A stretch of DNA of 64,000 nt from the NCBI GenBank assembly GCA_016185505.1, contig JACPNL010000019.1, positions 2,885 to 66,884 of the forward strand. Direction: 5' to 3'. Positions 40,702-52,720 of the stretch are shown here, piece after piece; position 1 is the stretch's first letter; each line of letters opens with the position of its first letter. The notes beneath the pieces were generated by a model. It was not told the DNA's origin. It did not search any database and worked only from the letters and a program-made list of their open reading frames with translations. Position numbers and translations under genes: made by a program. The DNA is from Candidatus Yanofskybacteria bacterium (lineage in GTDB: Bacteria; Patescibacteriota; Minisyncoccia; 2-02-FULL-40-12; GWA2-44-9).

Positions 40702-41442
40702 GTGGCAGAGAAAAGCGTGGCCAGGCGAGTTATCGGTTCAATTTTGGTTTTGATCACTGCTGTCGCTATGGGTTTTGTCGGCGACTGCCTGTATCAACTT
40801 AACGACCGCCGCAATCGGCTTCACTTGAATATCGCCAGTGGCGACCGCGAGCCATCTCGCGCCGAGCTGAATAATGTAAAATATTTTGACGGATTAGCGC
40901 GGCAATGGAAAATGCATTGGTTTGTCGCAGGCCGCTATCTGCTTAACAGCGATGATGCCATGCTTTACGAAGTGATTGTCGATGATTATTTGGTTGGTGA
41001 CTACAAGAAAGTGGCAGAATCAGAGCAGTTAAGGTCAAGCGACGACTATCGCGCCGCCCATCTTGTGGGAGTTGCCAAGGTTAGGCTTTTGCAGGCCGAA
41101 TACCGAGAAGAGAAAAAACCGGCGGCCCAAAAAAAGCTCATGGAGAAACTGGTCCAGCGCATGATTGATGACGTCAGTCCTTATTTTAAAAAAGCGGTTG
41201 AGAATAGCCCTGATTTCGAATTTCCCGATCCTAACTTTGGTGACCGCTTTAACTACGACTTAACAAGCGATAGGGATGCCGCCAAAAGACTGATTGAAAA
41301 CAAAAAGCCGGCCCGGAAATTTATTTTGGGAATTCCTCAATTGCCCGGAGATGAGTTTGGCGACAAGAAAGCGCCTGGGGAAAAGGGTCTTAACGAAGAA
41401 ACTCAACCGGGTGCCGGCGGTAATTCCAAGAAGAAGAGCTAG
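40702..41442 (+). CDS. Helical membrane-anchored protein (MxaK/BatC-like)
   Basis: N-terminal TM, TPR-like YFKKAVE..P...RFNYDL and a Gly/Lys-rich tail. Start GTG 40702. Confidence 0.6.
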   Translation: MAEKSVARRVIGSILVLITAVAMGFVGDCLYQLNDRRNRLHLNIASGDREPSRAELNNVKYFDGLARQWKMHWFVAGRYLLNSDDAMLYEVIVDDYLVGDYKKVAESEQLRSSDDYRAAHLVGVAKVRLLQAEYREEKKPAAQKKLMEKLVQRMIDDVSPYFKKAVENSPDFEFPDPNFGDRFNYDLTSDRDAAKRLIENKKPARKFILGIPQLPGDEFGDKKAPGEKGLNEETQPGAGGNSKKKS

Positions 41443-41444
41443 CC

Positions 41445-42614
41445 ATGATAGCAAAACTGGCCGAATTCAGAAACCTTCAGTTTATTAGCCCGGAATATTT
41501 CAGTTTGTTTAACTTTCTTTATATTCTGCTTGTCGTCTGGCTTGTTGTTTTCGCTGTCCGATATAAAGAACGCGTGAACCGAACAGTCGGTTCGCGCCGT
41601 GTTCTGATTGGCAGAATGTTAAAATTTAACCTTGTTGTTATTGCCGTCGTTCTTCCTTTATCAATTCTGGCTTTATCCAGGCCATATCTTTCCGAGGGCG
41701 CTCTACAGTTTAAAAAAGGCGCTGTTGAGGTTATTTTTATTGTGGATGATTCGGTTTCAATGTGGGCGAAGGATATTGTGCCATCTCGGTTGGGAGTATC
41801 GGCTCGGGAAATTGCCCGGGTCTATGCGGACCAGATATTGAAAGAAGGAGATAAAGCGTCTCTGGTTATTTTCGGCAAGACGTCTTTGAAAAAATTGCGT
41901 CTTTCCACAGATTTTGAACGTTTTTATAGCGAGATTTTGAAAATAGGCCCGCCTGAAAGTCTGACCGGTGACGATCATCCGTGGGATTCCGATATCGCTT
42001 TGGCTCTGACGGATACTTACAACTTTCTTGATATGCAGGACAAGCGGTTAGCATATCGGACACGGTTTGGAAAAAATCCGCCCTTGGATTTTGATTGGGA
42101 AACATTTAGTTGGCAACCGGATAAAAAATCTAGCAGGATTGTCATATTTTTTGGTGATGGCGATTATCGTTTTGATGAATATACTGAAGAAAAAACAAAA
42201 CAACTCCAAGCATCTTTAGCGGAATTTCGTCGGCGAGGTCTTAAAATTTATTCGGTAGGCGTAGGCACTAAACAGGGTTACCCTGTGTACAGAGTCCTTG
42301 ATGATTATAAAAGAGGCGTTGATTATTTTGAGCAAACTGAAATTGAGTTGAAAGAGGAAGGAATGACCCGGCTTAATAGAATTACTCTGAATTTTCTAAG
42401 TAGCCAGACCGGCGGCAGTATGGCTACGATTGAAAATAGTACGGGAAGCGCGGCAAATTTTCTGCGCGTTGCTATTGACGGCCACAGGGAGTTAACTGTC
42501 ACTGTCGCCAGTGAACAACAAAAACAAGAATTTTGGAGAGAATTTTTGTACGCGGCATTACTGATTTTTGGGTTAGCTTTTCTCATTATTTTTGTATTGT
42601 CCCCCTATCTGTAG
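41445..42614 (+). CDS. Membrane vWA-domain protein (MxaL/BatB-like)
   Basis: LALSRP, IVDDSVSMWAKDIVPSRL, FGDGD and IYSVGVGT motifs. Confidence 0.87.
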   Translation: MIAKLAEFRNLQFISPEYFSLFNFLYILLVVWLVVFAVRYKERVNRTVGSRRVLIGRMLKFNLVVIAVVLPLSILALSRPYLSEGALQFKKGAVEVIFIVDDSVSMWAKDIVPSRLGVSAREIARVYADQILKEGDKASLVIFGKTSLKKLRLSTDFERFYSEILKIGPPESLTGDDHPWDSDIALALTDTYNFLDMQDKRLAYRTRFGKNPPLDFDWETFSWQPDKKSSRIVIFFGDGDYRFDEYTEEKTKQLQASLAEFRRRGLKIYSVGVGTKQGYPVYRVLDDYKRGVDYFEQTEIELKEEGMTRLNRITLNFLSSQTGGSMATIENSTGSAANFLRVAIDGHRELTVTVASEQQKQEFWREFLYAALLIFGLAFLIIFVLSPYL

Positions 42615-42662
42615 ATGGGGGCTTTTTATTACCGCTTCCATGCTGTACTCTATAGTTTGAGC

Positions 42663-43685
42663 ATGTATTTGCGCGACTCTATTTTAGCGACCATTCTTTA
42701 TTATAATTCTTTTAATTTTCCGCTTACTTTTGCGGAGGTTTTTAAGTATCTTATAAATCCGCAAAGATTGAGGTTAAACCTCAATCAAGGGAGGATATTA
42801 AGGTCAGACTTCAATGAAAGGAGGTCTGACCTTGAATTTGGAGCGGCGGAGATTGCCGTCGAGTTGGAAAATATGGCCAGGGTAGATCTTATAGGTCATA
42901 AGAATGGGTTTTATTTTTTACCCGGGCGGGAAGATCTTTACGAAAAAAGAATAGAGAAAGACAAGTTGGCAAACAGAAAATGGAAAAAATTTCTCTCTAT
43001 AGCCAAATATCTTCAATTCGCGCCTTATTTGGGAGCTGTTTTTGCAAGCGGTTCTTTGGCGGCCAATAATCCCGAACCGAAAAGCGATTTTGATGTTTTC
43101 GTAATTGTTAGATCTGGTCGGCTTTATACCGGACGATTTTTCTTATGGCTGATCTCGTCGGTCCTTGGAGCCAGGCGTGGCCGGTTTGATGTCGTTGCTC
43201 CCGACAAGCTTTGCTTCAATCACTACTTAACCGACGATAATCTCGAATTGTCTCATCGCGGTCTCTATATCGCGCAGTCGCTTGCGAACATGAGGCCGGT
43301 CATTATGTCCGACGGGGTCTTGGAAAAATTCATAATATCAAATAAATGGGCCAGTTCTTATTGTTATAATTTAAGGCAGACAAGTTCCTACAGGAATGTA
43401 AAACCAAATAAAATTATGATTTCGACGGCTAGAATTTTTGAGTTGTTCCTAGATAATTTTGTCGGCGATTTATTGGAAAAAATCTTAAAAATTATCCAGC
43501 AAAAAAGAATAAAGAAAAACCCCGCTACTTACGAATCCGGCGGGCGGATTATTTTTAATGACAAGGAGCTTGAGTTTCACCCTCGTTCTTTCGAAAAAGT
43601 GGTTATTGATAATTATAACAGCGGACTCAAAAAGTTCGGCATATTGGGAGTCGAAGAAAAGGATTCGGGTTTGACCTGTGGATAA
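42663..43685 (+). CDS. Nucleotidyltransferase-domain protein
   Basis: SGSLA..N....SDFDVFVI (Pol-beta-like GS/DxD). TATAGT lies 6 nt before ATG 42663. Confidence 0.75.
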   Translation: MYLRDSILATILYYNSFNFPLTFAEVFKYLINPQRLRLNLNQGRILRSDFNERRSDLEFGAAEIAVELENMARVDLIGHKNGFYFLPGREDLYEKRIEKDKLANRKWKKFLSIAKYLQFAPYLGAVFASGSLAANNPEPKSDFDVFVIVRSGRLYTGRFFLWLISSVLGARRGRFDVVAPDKLCFNHYLTDDNLELSHRGLYIAQSLANMRPVIMSDGVLEKFIISNKWASSYCYNLRQTSSYRNVKPNKIMISTARIFELFLDNFVGDLLEKILKIIQQKRIKKNPATYESGGRIIFNDKELEFHPRSFEKVVIDNYNSGLKKFGILGVEEKDSGLTCG

Positions 43686-43801
43686 ACGACTTGCGAAGTC
43701 GTTTATCCACAGGTTGCTTTGTAATGTCGTTACGCTGTGTTGATTTCTCTTTGGATTGTGGTAGCGTTGGATAAAGTTCATTAACTACAAGAGGCAAAAT
43801 A

Positions 43802-45649
43802 ATGACGAGGATGCTTCGTCCGATTTTGCTGGCGATGTTATTCATATTTATGATCGGGCCTTCCGTTTTCGCGCAGACGCCGAAACCGAAGATATTGAAA
43901 ATGTCTGAAATTCAGTTTAACACCCCAGCAGTCGGATTCTCTGTTTTCAGAGGAGTTGAGCCGGAGAGATTCGAAGTCAAAATCAAGCACGTAACCGATA
44001 TCGAGGGATTTCCGATAATACTTGCCCGTATCTCGGGTGGTCCTATGGAGACGCCGTTGGAAAAAATCGGCGCTGTTGAGGCAATGAGCGGCAGTCCGAT
44101 ATTTGTCGGTTGCGTTGAACTTGAAGAATGTGTCAGAAAAGTGGTTCTTCCCGATAACGACGTGTTTCTTGTCGGGGCTTTGAGTTATGCCCTCGGTTAT
44201 TTTATAGAAGATGGTCCAAATGTCGGACTGACAACGGCAGAATATATGCTGGGAGCGCGGCTAGGCGGTTATGCGGCTACGAGGCAGTTCTCAATTCGCC
44301 CGCCGAATAAAATAATTGTTGACGGTCGGGAATTCAAAAATCTCATGCTTTTTTCGGGAATTGACGGTTTGCAGACGCGGGGGGCGCTGCCCGACGGCAG
44401 TTGCGGCGAATCAGTCCAAAGCGATATCGGGCCGGGTTCAATGGTAACGGTTTTTCTCGCGAGAGGTTCGCGCAATATCGGTGGTTCAGGCACGGTAACC
44501 TGGAGAGACGGCAATACCATCTATATTTTTGGCCACCCGTTTTTTGGCACCGGCGCGGTAAGCTACCCGTTTGCGCAAGTGTCTGTAGCGGATACGCTTC
44601 AGACACCGTTTCAGGCTCACAAAATTATCGGTTGCCGTCTTAAAACGGAAGGCGAGATGCAGATGGATGGAATGTTTGAGATGGCTGGCGTTATCGGCCG
44701 GTCCGCCCGGCTATTGCCGTTTCAAGTTGAGATAGGCGATGATCTGGCTGTTTTTTCTGAAGAGATTGCGGAAAGTCCTCTCGCTTCTCTAATTATCAGT
44801 CAGCTTCCGGTTGTATGGGCGCAGAGCTTCCTTGGCGACCTAAGCCAAGTATCCGCGATTTATCAGACGCGTATAGCGGTAACGGATCATCCCGAAATAT
44901 TTTTGAGCGGGCTGTCGCCCGCGCAAGTGGTTAAAAATCCTTTTGCCGGGATCTTTTCCGAAATTAACCCTGTGCTGGGAAAATTAAGAGACAGTGGCTT
45001 TAGGTATAATTTAGAAGGCATCAAGACACATATTGATCTGGCCAGAGGCGCGAGCGTGTGGACAGAAAAGCGATCATTTCTATCGCAAAATACGGCGAAG
45101 CCGGGAGAGACGGTTTATGTGAACATTGTGCTTGAAGAGCGGTCAAGAGGGTTGAGAAGGCAGGTTAGTATTCCAGTCAAAGTGCCCGACGACTTTAATG
45201 ACAGATTAACTTCCGGGATTCCTCCTCAATTTTCAGTGATCGTGCAAAGCGCCGATAAATTTGTTGATAAAAACGCTTCCAAAGAATTTGCGTCTTTGCG
45301 CGATGTAATCGAGGCGATCAACGAATCAGCCGCGCGGTGGCAGAACGTTTTGTATGTTCAGCAAATTATGCCGTTGACGAAAGCGAAACACGAAGCCGTG
45401 GAGGAGGCCGCCAAGTTATCGGTTCAGCCGGATTGGAGCTGGGTTGAGCTGGATCAGGGAGCCATGTCCAGATTGCCTAAAACGGAAGAGACAGAGATCA
45501 TATTGACAAGCACGCCGGGGTTGGCCCATTTCATTAGCTTCGACGCGACTTTTAAGATCTTAGTCAAATCTTCGGATACAGCATCAGGCGGATCTGTAAA
45601 GAAAAATAAAAGATGGTTTGATTATCTCAAAGTATGGAGAATATTTTAA
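43802..45649 (+). CDS. Secreted SpoIVB-like peptidase S55 domain protein
   Basis: Signal peptide; AMSGSP, LVGALSY, GTVT and FGHPF motifs. Confidence 0.8.
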   Translation: MTRMLRPILLAMLFIFMIGPSVFAQTPKPKILKMSEIQFNTPAVGFSVFRGVEPERFEVKIKHVTDIEGFPIILARISGGPMETPLEKIGAVEAMSGSPIFVGCVELEECVRKVVLPDNDVFLVGALSYALGYFIEDGPNVGLTTAEYMLGARLGGYAATRQFSIRPPNKIIVDGREFKNLMLFSGIDGLQTRGALPDGSCGESVQSDIGPGSMVTVFLARGSRNIGGSGTVTWRDGNTIYIFGHPFFGTGAVSYPFAQVSVADTLQTPFQAHKIIGCRLKTEGEMQMDGMFEMAGVIGRSARLLPFQVEIGDDLAVFSEEIAESPLASLIISQLPVVWAQSFLGDLSQVSAIYQTRIAVTDHPEIFLSGLSPAQVVKNPFAGIFSEINPVLGKLRDSGFRYNLEGIKTHIDLARGASVWTEKRSFLSQNTAKPGETVYVNIVLEERSRGLRRQVSIPVKVPDDFNDRLTSGIPPQFSVIVQSADKFVDKNASKEFASLRDVIEAINESAARWQNVLYVQQIMPLTKAKHEAVEEAAKLSVQPDWSWVELDQGAMSRLPKTEETEIILTSTPGLAHFISFDATFKILVKSSDTASGGSVKKNKRWFDYLKVWRIF

Positions 45650-45662
45650 CCAAGAGCGGTTC

Positions 45663-45725
45663 TTGACACCGCTCTTTTATTTGCTAAAATGTTAACCGTT
45701 AGCGCTTAGACGGTCGGACTGCTAA
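45663..45725 (+). promoter_or_regulatory. groESL promoter and CIRCE-like (HrcA) operator
   Basis: TTGACA-16-TAAAAT; TTAGCGCTT-N9-GACTGCTAA at 45699-45725. Confidence 0.75.
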
Positions 45726-45803
45726 ATAGAGCGTAGAACGTGGAGGGTGGAACGTGGTTTTACTAACAACTTTCTACTATCTACATTCTACATTCAAGGT
45801 CGT

Positions 45804-46092
45804 ATGAAAATACAGCCATTAAGCGATCACATCTTGGTCGAACCCATTAAGGAGGAAAAGAAAAAGGGCGGCATAATCCTCCCTGACACTGTTGAAAAAG
45901 AACGGTCTGAAAAAGGCAAAGTTGTTGCTGTCGGTCCGGGCAAACGGGCAAGTTCATCAGCCGGCGAAGGAAAACGTGTGCCCCTAGATGTCAAAAAGGG
46001 CGACGTGGTGCTTTTCACCAAATACAGCCCCAATGAAGTTAAAGTTGACGGGAAAGAATATCTGGTCATTAAAGAAGATGATATATTAGCAA

Positions 46093-46103
<11 letters not shown>
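45804..46103 (+). CDS. groES: Co-chaperonin GroES
   Basis: [20 protein letters not shown] and VVAVGPG motifs. Confidence 0.97.
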
Positions 46104-47994
<1,891 letters not shown>

Positions 47995-48033
47995 AAACTA
48001 AAAAATAAAGTAATTTAGAAATTGAGAAATAAA

Positions 48034-48070
48034 GACTCAAAACACGGCCACCAAGCCGTGTTTTGAGTTT
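48034..48070 (+). terminator. Intrinsic terminator after groEL
   Basis: ACTCAAAACACGGC-CACCAA-GCCGTGTTTTGAGT. Confidence 0.75.
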
Positions 48071-48670
48071 AAATTTTTTTGTTGCAATATTTACACGATC
48101 GTTGAATTATTGCAACTTACATCATTCTCATATTCTTGAGAATATGAGAATGATGTAAGGAGGGTCAAGGGTGTTCTTGACACATTTATTTGGTCCTGTA
48201 TAGTTAAACTACTTCCTTGAAAACGTACAAAAAGGGCTAAAAATGACCAGAACAAAAGCGCTTCTGTCTCTTGTTGTTATTTTGCTTGCAAGTTCGTTGA
48301 TTGTAACGGGATGCTCTACTAAACCAGTAGATGCCAGCACTGTTCTCACGCCACATCGTACAAGCGTTTATTTTGTTGTTGATAGGCCAAATGGCTTCGT
48401 GGCCTATGCGCCAGAGGGTTCTGTCTTTGTCAACATAAAAATTCAGCCAGATATTACTGAACCATACGTTGAAGTTCCAAGGACGCGGATTAATACTGAT
48501 TATTCCTCGAAGTTGTTGGATGGTACATATGTGGCTTGGATTTACGGTGGCACATTGTACGTGAAAGATTTAGAGCAGTTTAAGGGTCTTCTTTTGAAAG
48601 CCGAGCGTGAGTAACTCGCGCTTTTTTGTTTAAATTTTTTTGTTGCAATATTTACACGATCGTTGAATTA
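48067..48670. repeat. 43-bp perfect direct repeats (48067-48109 and 48628-48670) flanking a one-gene cassette
   Basis: GTTTAAATTTTTTTGTTGCAATATTTACACGATCGTTGAATTA occurs twice. Confidence 0.9.
48243..48614 (+). CDS. Hypothetical lipoprotein
   Basis: Lipobox VTGC; own promoter TTGACA-16-TATAGT and terminator. Confidence 0.8.
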   Translation: MTRTKALLSLVVILLASSLIVTGCSTKPVDASTVLTPHRTSVYFVVDRPNGFVAYAPEGSVFVNIKIQPDITEPYVEVPRTRINTDYSSKLLDGTYVAWIYGGTLYVKDLEQFKGLLLKAERE

Positions 48671-48751
48671 GTATCAACAGCCCACTTCCTGGCCGGGTTG
48701 TTGAAGGGACGTTGACATAAAGTTGTCCATAGATTATAATCCATACATAAT

Positions 48752-48829
48752 ATGGCTGACATATTTAAAAACGCCATAAACAGCGCTAAAACGCGTTTTA
48801 AAACCCACAAAATAGCCAACAATCTATAA
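48752..48829 (+). CDS. Putative 25-aa small protein MADIFKNAINSAKTRFKTHKIANNL
   Basis: Perfect TTGACA-17-TATAAT at 48712-48740 upstream and a strong hairpin at 48828-48863 downstream. Confidence 0.4.
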   Translation: MADIFKNAINSAKTRFKTHKIANNL

Positions 48830-48881
48830 TCTAAAGAGCGGCGTTATCGCCGCTCTTTAGATTTGTGTTATTGTAATAATA

Positions 48882-50570
48882 ATGGAAACAAAATTTATCT
48901 TTGTGGCAGGCGGAGTGATGTCCGGAGTTGGGAAAGGCGTAGCCGTTGCTTCAATTGCTAAGATTTTACAAGCCAGAGGGCTGGAGACGACTGCGGTTAA
49001 AATAGATCCCTATGTCAATGTGGATGCCGGCACCATGAATCCTACCGAACACGGCGAGGTTTTTGTTTTAGACGACGGAATGGAGTGTGATCAGGATATG
49101 GGCAACTATGAGCGGTTCTTGGGGCGGAACTTGTCGAGCAAAAACTATATGACCACCGGCAGTATTTATCTTGATGTCATTAATCGTGAACGAAATCTAG
49201 ATTATGGCGGCAAATGTGTTGAGGTGGTTCCCCAGATCCCGCTGTTTATTATAGAAAAAATAAAAAGGGCGGCAAAAACAAATCGTGCAAAAGTCGTTAT
49301 TGTGGAGATAGGCGGGACCGTCGGAGAATATCAGAACATTTTGTTTTTGGAGGCTGTCCGTATGTTGAAAATAAAACAGCCGGATGATGTGGCGCTGGTA
49401 TTAGTCAGTATGCTTCCGGTTCTTGAAGCCGGCGGCACGGAGTTGAAAACAAAACCTACTCAATATGCCGTCAGAACCTTAAACGCCGCTGGTTTGCAGC
49501 CGGATATTATCTTAGCTCGGGGCAGTGTTCCGGTTGACGACAGCAGAAAAGAAAAACTGGCGTTAAATTGCAATCTTCGGAGGGAAGATATTATCTCTGC
49601 CCCGAATGTTAAAAATATTTATGAAATTCCGCTGAACTTTGAAAAAGACCGGCTTAGTGATTTATTGCTTAAAAAATTAAAACTAAAAGCAAAGAAAAAA
49701 GATTTTAGGAAATGGAAAAAGTTTATTCATAAATCAAACAACCCAACAAAAAAAGTCAGAATAGGCATTGTGGGGAAATATTTTAATTCTGGGGACTTTG
49801 TACTGACGGATTCTTATCTCTCTGTTTTGGAAGCGGTGAAGCATGCCGCATGGTCCTTAAGGGCAGATCCGGAGATAACATGGCTTAATGCCGAGAGTTA
49901 TGAAAATAATCCGACATCTTTGGAAGAACTGAAAAATTTCGACGGGATCATCGTGCCAGGGGGATTCGGTAAAAGGGGAGTTGAAGGCAAGATCGCCGCT
50001 ATCAAGTATGTCCGGGAAAATAACATTCCTTTTCTCGGGTTATGCTATGGACTGCAGTTGGCAGTCGTGGAATTTGCCCGCGATATCTGTGGATTAAAGG
50101 AGGCGCATACCACCGAAATTGACCCCGAAACGCCAAAGCCGGTAATCTGTACGATGCCGGATCAGCTGGTGAATATTAAAAAAAAGCAAATGGGCGGCTC
50201 AATGCGCCTCGGTGCATACAAGTGTAAATTGCACCCAAAATCTATAAGCTATAAACTTTATACTACAAGCCATCCCTCGACTTTGCTTGGGACAGGCAAG
50301 CTAACTCCTAATCTCCTAACTCCTAACTTCCTAATTAGCGAACGCCATCGTCATCGCTACGAAGTGAACAACCATTACCGCTTGAAGTTGGAAAAAGGAG
50401 GGATGCTTATCGCCGGTCTTAACCCCCAAAGAGAACTGATTGAAATTATAGAAATTCCGGAGCATAAATTCTTTGTTGCCACTCAATTTCATCCGGAGTT
50501 CAAGTCCCGGCCGTTATCGCCACACCCGTTGTTTGTGGGTCTTATCAAAGCGGCATCGGAAATTAAATAA
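48882..50570 (+). CDS. pyrG: CTP synthase
   Basis: GGVMSGVGKG, DPYVNVDAGTM, GLCYGLQ and QFHPEF motifs. Confidence 0.98.
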   Translation: METKFIFVAGGVMSGVGKGVAVASIAKILQARGLETTAVKIDPYVNVDAGTMNPTEHGEVFVLDDGMECDQDMGNYERFLGRNLSSKNYMTTGSIYLDVINRERNLDYGGKCVEVVPQIPLFIIEKIKRAAKTNRAKVVIVEIGGTVGEYQNILFLEAVRMLKIKQPDDVALVLVSMLPVLEAGGTELKTKPTQYAVRTLNAAGLQPDIILARGSVPVDDSRKEKLALNCNLRREDIISAPNVKNIYEIPLNFEKDRLSDLLLKKLKLKAKKKDFRKWKKFIHKSNNPTKKVRIGIVGKYFNSGDFVLTDSYLSVLEAVKHAAWSLRADPEITWLNAESYENNPTSLEELKNFDGIIVPGGFGKRGVEGKIAAIKYVRENNIPFLGLCYGLQLAVVEFARDICGLKEAHTTEIDPETPKPVICTMPDQLVNIKKKQMGGSMRLGAYKCKLHPKSISYKLYTTSHPSTLLGTGKLTPNLLTPNFLISERHRHRYEVNNHYRLKLEKGGMLIAGLNPQRELIEIIEIPEHKFFVATQFHPEFKSRPLSPHPLFVGLIKAASEIK

Positions 50571-50671
50571 CTTGCTCAACTTTTAGCGTACGCTAAAAGT
50601 TGAGCAAGGGGCCGATACTTGATAAATTGTTCAATTTGGGATATTGCTGATGTATTATTCCGGGGAGGTCT

Positions 50672-51787
50672 TTGACATTGAAAAACCCAGTTTACGACAT
50701 CGTCATTATTGGCGCGGGAGTAGTTGGTTGCGCTATCGCAAGAGAAATATCTATCAGATATCCAAATCGCAAAATTGTTGTTCTTGAAAGATTGGGGAAT
50801 GTTGGGCTTGAAACAAGCCGTTTTAACAGCGGGGTTCTTCATTCCGGTTTTCACCAGAACCCTAAATTTTTAAAGTCGCGGCTTGCCAGAGAGGGCAGCC
50901 GTATCGCGGTTGATTATATGGCAGACAAGGGGTTGCCTATTTTGAGGCGCGGAATGCTGATAGCATTGTCGGGTCACAGTATCGCCGGCGCGTTAGCAGA
51001 AATTCCTTCGTTGGCGAATATGGCGAAAAGAGGATTTAATAAGGACTTAAAAGTTAGGTTTTTAACTTCATTCGGTGTTAGAAAATTAGAGCCAAACTTA
51101 AAATCATGGGGCGGAATTTTTATACCGGAAGTTGCTGTTATTGATCCTGCCCATTTGGTTAGAGCGTTGTTTGATGACGCTTTGGAGAATGGCGTTAGTT
51201 TCAGATTTAATTCTGGCGTTACTGGGATAGAGGTTTTGGACGACACGTATTTAGTTCGTACCGGAGCAGGTTACGTTCCCTGTAAAGTTATTATTAATGC
51301 CGCCGGACTTTATGCCGATGAAATTTCAGAAATGGCCGGTGTTAGCGGTTATACGTTATATCCTTGGCGAGGAGAATACTATGAGATTATTGGTGCCAAA
51401 AGAGAGCTTATAAAGCGGCTGGTTTATCCGGTAAATCCTTCTCACTATCCCGGCAAGGGTATTCATTTTAGCCCAAGAGTGGATGGCAGGTTATTTGTAG
51501 GTCCGAATGCTCGTCTTGTTCCGTCAAAAAATTATTATACGGAAGATAAGACAGACGTAAGTGTTTTTGTTGAACAGATCAAACGCTTTTGTCCTAATAT
51601 AAGAAGTTGCGATTTAAAGTGGGCTTATTCCGGAATAAGGCCGACGCTTTCAAGCGCTCCGGGAGAACTGGATTTTATAATAAAAGTCGACAGATTAAGT
51701 CCGAAACTAATCAACCTGATAGGAATTGATTCGCCGGGCTTGTCGGCAAGCATGGCCATTGCTAAATATGTTTGTGGTCTATTATAA
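50672..51787 (+). CDS. FAD-dependent oxidoreductase (L-2-hydroxyglutarate oxidase LhgO-like)
   Basis: IIGAGVVG, TSRFNSGVLHSG, INAAGLYAD and GIDSPGLSAS motifs. Confidence 0.88.
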   Translation: MTLKNPVYDIVIIGAGVVGCAIAREISIRYPNRKIVVLERLGNVGLETSRFNSGVLHSGFHQNPKFLKSRLAREGSRIAVDYMADKGLPILRRGMLIALSGHSIAGALAEIPSLANMAKRGFNKDLKVRFLTSFGVRKLEPNLKSWGGIFIPEVAVIDPAHLVRALFDDALENGVSFRFNSGVTGIEVLDDTYLVRTGAGYVPCKVIINAAGLYADEISEMAGVSGYTLYPWRGEYYEIIGAKRELIKRLVYPVNPSHYPGKGIHFSPRVDGRLFVGPNARLVPSKNYYTEDKTDVSVFVEQIKRFCPNIRSCDLKWAYSGIRPTLSSAPGELDFIIKVDRLSPKLINLIGIDSPGLSASMAIAKYVCGLL

Positions 51788-51830
51788 CAGAGGCATTGCG
51801 CCCTCTTTTTTATTCTGTTAATATTTAAAC

Positions 51831-52394
51831 ATGAATACTACACTTATTTTACTCATAATCTTGGTCGTTGTCGGTCTTTGGTTGGCGGGCGCTTTCAATA
51901 TGCTTGTTCGTACGAGGAACAGGACGAAGGAAGCATGGGCGGATATTGACGTGCAGTTAAAGAGGCGATACGACTTAATTCCCAATCTGGTTGAGTCGGT
52001 CAAGGGCTATGCTTCACACGAGAGAGAGGTCCTTGAGAATGTTACCAAAGCCCGTTCGGCGGCAATGAACGCAGAGCAGGGCGGAGATGTGAAAGCGGTG
52101 GCGCAGGCGGAGAATATGCTTTCCGGAACGCTGAAAAGTTTATTCGCTTTGTCGGAGAATTATCCTCAATTAAGAGCGGTTGAGAGTTTTACAAAATTAC
52201 AGGACGAGCTTTCCGATACCGAGAACAAGATACAAGCCGCCCGCAGATTTTACAATACAAATGTAATGACCCTCAACACCCAGATAGAGCAGTTCCCGAC
52301 AAATATTGTTGCCAATATGTTCGGATTCAAAAAATCCGACTTCTTCGAACTCAACGAAGAAGCCGCTCGGGAACCAGTCAAGGTTAGTTTTTAA
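51831..52394 (+). CDS. lemA: LemA family protein
   Basis: AWADIDVQLKRRYDLIPNLV, ENYPQL and ARRFYN motifs. Confidence 0.96.
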   Translation: MNTTLILLIILVVVGLWLAGAFNMLVRTRNRTKEAWADIDVQLKRRYDLIPNLVESVKGYASHEREVLENVTKARSAAMNAEQGGDVKAVAQAENMLSGTLKSLFALSENYPQLRAVESFTKLQDELSDTENKIQAARRFYNTNVMTLNTQIEQFPTNIVANMFGFKKSDFFELNEEAAREPVKVSF

Positions 52395-52396
52395 AA

Positions 52397-52720
52397 ATGG
52401 CGGGAGAATATCTATTAATTCTTTTGTTTCTTTTTGCCAGCGCTTTTTATGTGGAGTGGAAATATAAGATTCACTTATATCATTCGTTCAAAGAAAGGTT
52501 GGTTATAACTTTACATTTCTTTGTTTTAGGAACAGCTTGGGATACTTTCGCGGTTTGGCGAAGCCACTGGTCTTTTCCCGGGGAAGGTCTTATTGGTGTC
52601 AAAATTTGGCTTTTACCGCTTGAAGAATACTTATTCTTTTTAATTATGCCGTTTTTTATACTTACGGTTTATAAGGCATACGAACATATTTTTCACCGTG
52701 GCAAACCTTTATCAACATAA
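52397..52720 (+). CDS. Lycopene cyclase domain-containing membrane protein
   Basis: WD..AV....WSF and LPLEEYLFF motifs. Confidence 0.8.
   Translation: MAGEYLLILLFLFASAFYVEWKYKIHLYHSFKERLVITLHFFVLGTAWDTFAVWRSHWSFPGEGLIGVKIWLLPLEEYLFFLIMPFFILTVYKAYEHIFHRGKPLST

Noticed and set aside
35026..42614. Methanol oxidation pathway
   Set aside because: Only the accessory-like cluster is present. There are no mxaF/xoxF, cytochrome or PQQ genes in the window.
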